52,659 bases of DNA. Origin: an uncultured bacterium (GTDB lineage: Bacteria > Electryoneota > B3-LCP). This document shows positions 47,474 through 52,659 of this stretch, piece by piece. The DNA lies in NCBI GenBank assembly GCA_964623265.1, contig CAZUTK010000011.1, forward strand, positions 1-52,659, read 5' to 3'. A program made the translations under genes and the position numbers. The notes below the pieces were generated by a model. It was not told the DNA's origin. It ran no database searches and saw only the letters and a list, made by a program, of their open reading frames with translations. The first letter of the stretch is position 1, and each line of letters starts with the position of its first letter.

Positions 47474-48769
47474 CTAAAAACTGCCGTAGATCATGCCGCT
47501 GATCGCCGCCATCACCACGACCAGGGATACATAGACAACCGTCTTTTTCGTTCCCATCACGGTGCGGATGACCAGCATACTGGGGAGACTGAGGGCGGGA
47601 CCCGCTAAAAGAAGCGCCAATGCCGGTCCTTTGCCCATTCCGCTTCCGATCAATCCCTGCAGAATGGGTACCTCCGTTAAAGTCGCAAAATACATAAAGG
47701 CGCCGGCGATGGATGCGAAGAAGTTCGCTGCGAGCGAATTGCCTCCGACCGCCGAACTGACCCATTGAGAAGGAATCAACCCTTCCTCGCCGGGTCTGCC
47801 GAGCAACAAACCGGCTGCGAAAACGCCGATGAGCAGCAGCGGCATAATCTGCTTGGCATAGCCCCAGGTCTGGTTGAACCATTCACCGGCTTCATCTTCT
47901 CTGCCGGCGATGATGACCGCTAAACCAAGGGCGCCCACTGCAAATGGAATCATCGGTTCGTGATGAAAGAAAATGGAAGCAACAGCGACTGCAACGCCCA
48001 CGAGGATGGTCCGCGTCCAGCTGACTTTGAACCAGCCGCTCAGGATGGCACCCAATCCCGCCGCAAATAGTCCGGTCAGCAACCATTTTATCTCATAAAC
48101 CATGTTCCAAAACCCAACCGCTTCAGCCGGCTTGCCCCAATTGGCGAAAACAAGTATAGCGATCATGGCTGCGAAGAAGAGGCCATTCTGCCACAAAGGG
48201 CGGGTGACTTCCGGTTCGGGGAGCATCATCTGCGCTTCAACCTTCTCGAGCTCTTCTTTCCGGAAAATGAAGTACATCAGCAGACCTATGATGACGGCGA
48301 ACAGCACCGCGCCCAGCGCGCGGGCGACGCCGAGCTCAATGCCCAGGATCCGCGCGGTCAAAATGATCGCTAGCACGTTGATCGCCGGTCCCGAATACAG
48401 GAACGCCGTCGCAGGTCCCAAACCTGCGCCCATCCGATAGATGCCTGCAAACAGCGGCAGGACCGTGCACGAGCAAACAGCCAGTATGGCGCCGGAAACC
48501 GAAGCGACGCCGTAGGAGAGAACTTTATTGGCTTTGGCGCCGAAGTATTTCATCACGGATGCCTGATTGACGAATGCCGCGATGGCGCCGGCAATGAAAA
48601 AGGCGGGCACGAGACAGAGAAGGACATGTTCCCGAGCATACCAACGCACCAGAGCGAGCGATTCGGTTAAAGCATTGTCAAAGCGTGCTGATCCAACCGG
48701 CAAGTAGAAAGCAATCAGGAAACCGACGACAACAAGCGCGAGCGGTTTCCATTCGGATTTCCAGTTCAT
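47474..48769 (-). CDS. DUF318/YraQ-family permease, typically ArsR-associated. The start is assigned to MNWKSEWK; the ORF extends to 48910. The stop codon is TAG.
   Basis: Two-repeat polytopic membrane protein with conserved Cys pairs (..AVCSCTVLPLFAGIY..); sits between the arsR-family and thioredoxin-like genes. Confidence 0.7.
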   Translation of the reverse strand: MNWKSEWKPLALVVVGFLIAFYLPVGSARFDNALTESLALVRWYAREHVLLCLVPAFFIAGAIAAFVNQASVMKYFGAKANKVLSYGVASVSGAILAVCSCTVLPLFAGIYRMGAGLGPATAFLYSGPAINVLAIILTARILGIELGVARALGAVLFAVIIGLLMYFIFRKEELEKVEAQMMLPEPEVTRPLWQNGLFFAAMIAILVFANWGKPAEAVGFWNMVYEIKWLLTGLFAAGLGAILSGWFKVSWTRTILVGVAVAVASIFFHHEPMIPFAVGALGLAVIIAGREDEAGEWFNQTWGYAKQIMPLLLIGVFAAGLLLGRPGEEGLIPSQWVSSAVGGNSLAANFFASIAGAFMYFATLTEVPILQGLIGSGMGKGPALALLLAGPALSLPSMLVIRTVMGTKKTVVYVSLVVVMAAISGMIYGSF

Positions 48770-48791
48770 AGAATGATCCTTTGTTGCGAAC

Positions 48792-49109
48792 TCAAATGAG
48801 TCCGATCTTAGCCTGAGCGTCCTCCTGCAGAACGGTTTCGACACAGCTGAAAAAATTCGTGACGCAGACTGTCGCGAGCGAGTAATAGACCAGGTTGCCC
48901 CGCTTCTCATCCCGCACCAGTCCTACCGATTTCAAGATCGAGAGGTGCTTGGATACGGTTGATTGATCGGAACCAACCATCGCGGTTAACTCATTGACAC
49001 AGCGTTCACCTTGCGCCAGCTTGTCTATGATAAAAAGCCTGCTGGGGTGCCCGAGCGCTTTCAGTATGTTGGCGCGCGCCGCGTAGCGCGCTTTCGTGGC
49101 TTCATCCAT
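48792..49109 (-). CDS. ArsR/SmtB-family metalloregulatory transcriptional repressor. The start is at the Met MDEATKARY; the ORF's upstream extension to 49184 is AT-rich and unlikely to be coding.
   Basis: HTH ..LKALGHPSRLFIIDKLAQGERCVNELTAMVGSDQSTVSKHLSILKSVGLV.. with a metal-site Cys in ERCVNEL. Confidence 0.8.
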   Translation of the reverse strand: MDEATKARYAARANILKALGHPSRLFIIDKLAQGERCVNELTAMVGSDQSTVSKHLSILKSVGLVRDEKRGNLVYYSLATVCVTNFFSCVETVLQEDAQAKIGLI

Positions 49110-49149
49110 CGTGATGCCATATTGTATTATGGTAATATAGCAATATCTC

Positions 49150-49187
49150 CATATGAAGTCAATATTTTTTGGGAAATTTTTCATATG
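49150..49187. promoter_or_regulatory. Putative ArsR operator: inverted repeat CATATGAA-N22-TTCATATG in the arsR promoter region.
   Basis: Direct reading of 49150..49187, 41 nt upstream of the proposed arsR start. Confidence 0.4.
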
Positions 49188-49246
49188 AAATCTCGCGTCC
49201 TGTGATCAGAAGGTTCCGAATGCAAGCGATTCGGCAAAGAGGCAAG

Positions 49247-49282
49247 CACAAAGAAAAGCCGATCCAAGTTGATTGGATCGGT
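49247..49282 (-). terminator. Rho-independent terminator on the minus strand, downstream of the truncated ATPase gene.
   Basis: ccgatccaa / ttggatcgg stem. On the minus strand it is followed by cttttcttt. Confidence 0.55.
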
Positions 49283-49444
49283 TGCAATTTCGAGGAAAGA
49301 TGGGATTCTTGACACCTAAAGGAATTGCCTGGATTATTGACAGTCAATTGATCCCCGATCGGACAGATTCACTTGCATTGTAGATTCATTTATGTGAGGG
49401 GTTGGATCGAATTATATCTTGATTTCGTCGCATCAGGTTTTCGT

Positions 49445-50563
49445 CTATTCCCTTTGAAGACCTCCATAACCAGCAACAACATCACGGAAAGACAGCCCAT
49501 CCGGCAATACGACGGCACGAGCGGTCTGCTGGTTCACGGTCAACGTTCCGGTTTTATCACTGGCGATCACCGTGCAACTTCCCAGACTTTCCACCGCGGT
49601 AAGTTTGCGCACGATGACATTGCGGGCAGCCATTCGCTTTGTGGCGATGGAGAGAGGTACGGTCAAAGCAACGGGAAGTCCTTCGGGGATAGCCGAGACC
49701 GCCAGAGCCACCACGAAGAAGAAGATCGCCGCGAGATCATTGCCTTGGAGCCACAAGAGAAAAGCCAACCCCGCACTGATTACCAACACTAAAATGCTGA
49801 TGTGCTTGACGAACCGTTCCATCCGAAGCACCAGCGGGGGTTTTCCGCCTTCCGATTCGGTGACGGTTTGAGCGATGATGCCCACCTGGGTTTTCGTGCC
49901 TGTGCCGACGACGACGCCGATCCCTCTGCCGGATGTAATCGTTGCACCGGCAAACGTCATATTTTTACGATCGCTCACCCCAGTCTCCTCGGGCAGGAGA
50001 ACGGCTGCTTTCTCCGACGCGATGGATTCCCCTGTCAGAAAGCTCTCGTCGGCCGCGAGGCCGTTGACTTGCACTAAACGCAAATCCGCCGGCACCTTGT
50101 TGCCCGACTCTAAGATTACAATATCCCCCGGCACTAATTCTTCCGCTGGGATCACTACCTCTCTGCCGTTTCGGCGCACGCGCGCCGTGATCTTAAGCAG
50201 ACGTTGCAGGTGAGCCGCACTTTTTTCAGCCTGAAACTCCTGGTAAGCGCCGATGCAGCTATTCAGAATGATCACGATTAAAATGAATATCGCATCGGCG
50301 GCCTCACCGATGGCAATAGATGCTACTGCGGCTGCGAACAATATGAAGATCAAGGGGTTCAGGACCTGATGCAACAGGATTATCCATATCGTCGGCGGCT
50401 TCCGCGCAGGCAGTGTGTTGGGTCCATAATACGCGAGACGTCGGATCGCCTCCTGATCATCCAACCCATTGGGTCCGGACTGCAGTTCTTTGTAAACCTC
50501 CTGCTCCTCGAAGGCGTGCCACTTCTCTTCGCATAATCGGTGGCCATGCTCCATTTGTTTCAT
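49445..50563 (-). pseudogene. N-terminal about 370 codons of a P-type cation-transporting ATPase (P2/P3-like). It ends about 20 codons after the DKTGT phosphorylation motif; the P and N domains and TM5-10 are absent.
   Basis: TM1-4, actuator domain TGES (LTGESIASE), ..ICSDKTGTLTVNQ.. and then a stop. A full-length enzyme would be about 850-900 aa. Confidence 0.65.
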
Positions 50564-50828
50564 AGAGTTCTCCCTACCACAAATCAAGATCCAGCCTAGG
50601 CCGACGCAATTTCATCATAAATTACAGGGGATTTTCCGGAAAATCGAATTTACTTTTCGCAGGCATCTATGAGCGAATAATAAATCATGGCGGCAGGGAA
50701 GAAATGAAAATCTGGAGCTGACGAAAGATGAGCTCTCCTCCGTCCTGAGTTCATCTGGTCGGTTCGATATCATCATGTTCGATAAAGCTTTTCCAAATTA
50801 AGATGATGTTTTCGCAAAGAAGGACCCA

Positions 50829-51409
50829 TCAAGGTCGTTCAACCGGCGGTTTGTCGCCAAATGGTTCCATTCGTTGTTTGAGCGCGCGGATTACGAAATA
50901 ATACGATACTCCCAAAGCGATAATTACGGCGGCTATACCGTACATAAGATTCGGAGTGATTTTATTGTAATCTAAAATTATGATTTTCCTGGCAACCGCC
51001 ACGATCGCCACCAAGAAAACCACTTCAGCATGCACACGTTCCTCCTCGATATAGGCTTTGATCGTCTCAAGAAGCTCGATTCCAATAAGAACCATAAGAA
51101 AAAACCGAATACCTCGAGCATTTCGCTCAAATCAAGAAGCAGGAACGGTGGCTTTATCAGTTCTTGAATCAGCACGATGCCCAGTTCGATCGTTGAAAAA
51201 AAATTGCGATGATCATCATGACGAGAAGGCTCGTTATAATGACCCTTTCGAACCGCCTCAAAGCTTTGTGCATTTTGATTTCCTCCGAAAGAAATTTTCT
51301 TGCGACATTCAGTAACGCTACTTCTATTATGTTTGGAACGTCCGTCGTATTCGCATTCAGTGACGCAACACTCTATTATCCGACTCCCATTGGTGCCACT
51401 TTTCCTCAC
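50829..51409 (-). pseudogene. PsiE-family (phosphate-starvation-inducible) membrane protein gene split by a frameshift in a T-run near 51093..51099. It lies in an AT-rich (about 40% GC) patch.
   Basis: Frame A ..FFSTIELGIVLIQELIKPPFLLLDLSEMLEVFGFFL joins frame B MVLIGIELLETIKAYIEEERVHAEVVFLVAIVAVARKIIILDY.. (compare E. coli PsiE ..YFVYIGITAIVRLIIVDH..). Confidence 0.5.
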
Positions 51410-51457
51410 GCTTCAATCAAGTTGGAATTGCAGAACAAATTTTATTCGCTGAAAAAT

Positions 51458-52659
51458 TTACCAATACGGCAATATCTCGTCTCCTCCTGATACTGACAGG
51501 CTGGAAGCCTGTCCCACTCTTCTCAACCCATAAAACGAGTAAAGAAAAATAGCCGTAGCGATGCGCGTTGCGGGTTTCACGCCGGCAAGCGCGGGAGTCT
51601 CGCGCGCCATCCGCTCGTCAATGCGCCTTGCTCGGGCGTTCGGGCCTTCGATGTCCGCCGTGATGACCGGGTCATAATCGTTCTGAACTCCCAGCTCTTT
51701 GAGCATCTTCACCCGGACATCCACGTCCTTCTATGTCCCTTCGTATTCCTGCCGCCGCAGCACCGTATCGTACAGACCGATATCTTCGCCTTCGTGCCGG
51801 TTGACCCCCATATACACCAGGCTCGGGTCTTCGTAGCGTTTGAATTTGTACACCGCATCGTTCATCAGGGCACTGTTGAACACGCCGAGGCTGACCAGAA
51901 GCTCGAAATCTTTGACGGTTAATCCGGTGACTTTCTTGAACAACCCCGGCTCCAATTGGGTAATCACGTCGCGCAGGGTCCGTTCGCGATAGTCCGTGAG
52001 GTACATGAAGATGGGAATCCGGGTGGCGAACTTGATGAGCTTCTCCTGAATCTGCTTGCGCAGGCTCTTGTATTCTCTCTCTTCTTCGGTGAGTTGCCGC
52101 TTTTCCCCCGGCGAGAGTTCGCGTTCGTTGGCTTCGCGCTTGGCCTTCTTGACCGCTTCGGACTTGTTGATGATGGTCTCGATGTCCTGATTCAGGTTGC
52201 GGAAGCCTTCGATGCTCATCAGGGCCTGCATGGCTTGCTCGTTGGCCATCAGCCGCCGCAGGGTGTCGTTGTCCACATTGACCAACAGCGCGCTCTCCCA
52301 GCGCCGGGCCAGGAGGGTTGCCGTGGTGCCGCTCATGGCCATCTCCAGCACGCCGGCGGCGTCAATCTGGCGCATGGAACTGCCGTCATACGCCAGCACC
52401 GGCAGGAAGTGGATGAACTCCTCGACCTTCTTCTCCGGGTCGTCTTCGTTGACGTTGAGGCGGCAACTGTACTCGGCGATCTGGCGCAGGGCGCGGTCGG
52501 GCGCAAAGTCGAAGATGTAGCACTCCGGTTTGAGAATCAGTTCCTCGTTCGGCGAAATCCCGTCGGGGTTCTTCAGCGTCCAGGGATTTTGCACGCGAAA
52601 GGCCGCCTGGAAGTAGGTCTCCGGGCTGGACGAGTTGCGGAGCATGAAGATGCCGGTCC
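51458..52659 (-). pseudogene. C-terminal portion of a large GC-rich gene that extends beyond the window edge. It is interrupted by an in-frame TAG at 51731..51733. The family is unidentified (possibly restriction-enzyme or helicase associated).
   Basis: ..RRQEYEGT*KDVDVRVKMLKELGVQNDYDPVITADIEGPN.. is one continuous frame across the TAG. Coding-like GC3 bias continues to 51458. Confidence 0.45.

Noticed and set aside
49110-49184. N-terminal extension of arsR to 49184 (MKNFPKNIDFIWRYCYITIIQYGIT).
   Set aside because: It is an AT-rich, low-complexity translation overlapping the inverted-repeat operator. The internal Met at 49109 gives a normal-length ArsR.
45630-51735. Global reassignment of TAG as a sense codon, inferred from the two in-frame TAGs.
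   Set aside because: TAG functions as an ordinary terminator for at least three well-defined genes in this window (moaC::mogA at 36711, the thioredoxin-like gene at 46816, the permease at 47474). Both TAG-interrupted genes sit in an obviously decaying region.

Overview
This 52.7-kb GC-rich bacterial chromosomal segment probably comes from the Fibrobacteres-Chlorobi-Bacteroidetes (FCB) superphylum. The evidence is three secreted proteins carrying type IX secretion (T9SS) C-terminal sorting domains, a CarboxypepD_reg-type TonB-dependent receptor, and Shine-Dalgarno sites. The window opens with the 3' 60 nt of an initiator tRNA-fMet and its terminator. In order it then contains: a TonB-dependent receptor plus LamG/FN3 lipoprotein pair; two paralogous T9SS cargo proteins; an antisense-overlapping DnaJ-type zinc-ribbon ORF; an SPFH/prohibitin protein; a fused MrfA-like DExH helicase/DUF1998/MrfB-like 3'-5' exonuclease; a parallel beta-helix T9SS cargo protein; and ubiE. 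A complete TetR-regulated YbhGFSR-like efflux operon follows (TolC-like, HlyD, two ABC ATPases, two ABC-2 permeases), with a TCATATGA-palindrome operator. After it come a DUF3800 protein and a small TPR protein, an ECF sigma factor, a ZAS (zinc-binding anti-sigma) anti-sigma factor and a signal-peptide TPR-CHAT caspase-like protease forming one operon, a cupredoxin lipoprotein, and a Fur/PerR-catalase pair. A large minus-strand molybdenum locus comprises a Tat-exported two-subunit molybdopterin oxidoreductase, a TorD chaperone, a 400-nt structured leader, and moaA-mobA-moaC::mogA-moeA-MOSC. The last 8 kb is a decaying region: an ArsR-DUF318 permease-AhpD-thioredoxin operon runs into a tolC with an in-frame TAG and an MFP/RND pump reduced to a 0.65-kb fusion remnant. 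Upstream of it lie a P-type ATPase truncated after DKTGT, a frameshifted psiE-like gene in an AT-rich patch, and a GC-rich edge gene also split by an in-frame TAG. The most interesting candidate system is the extracytoplasmic TPR-CHAT protease encoded with the ECF sigma/anti-sigma pair. It looks like a possible caspase-driven regulated-proteolysis signalling module, reminiscent of the Craspase-RpoE accessory module of type III-E CRISPR systems but standalone. No CRISPR array, transposase or integrase was seen.
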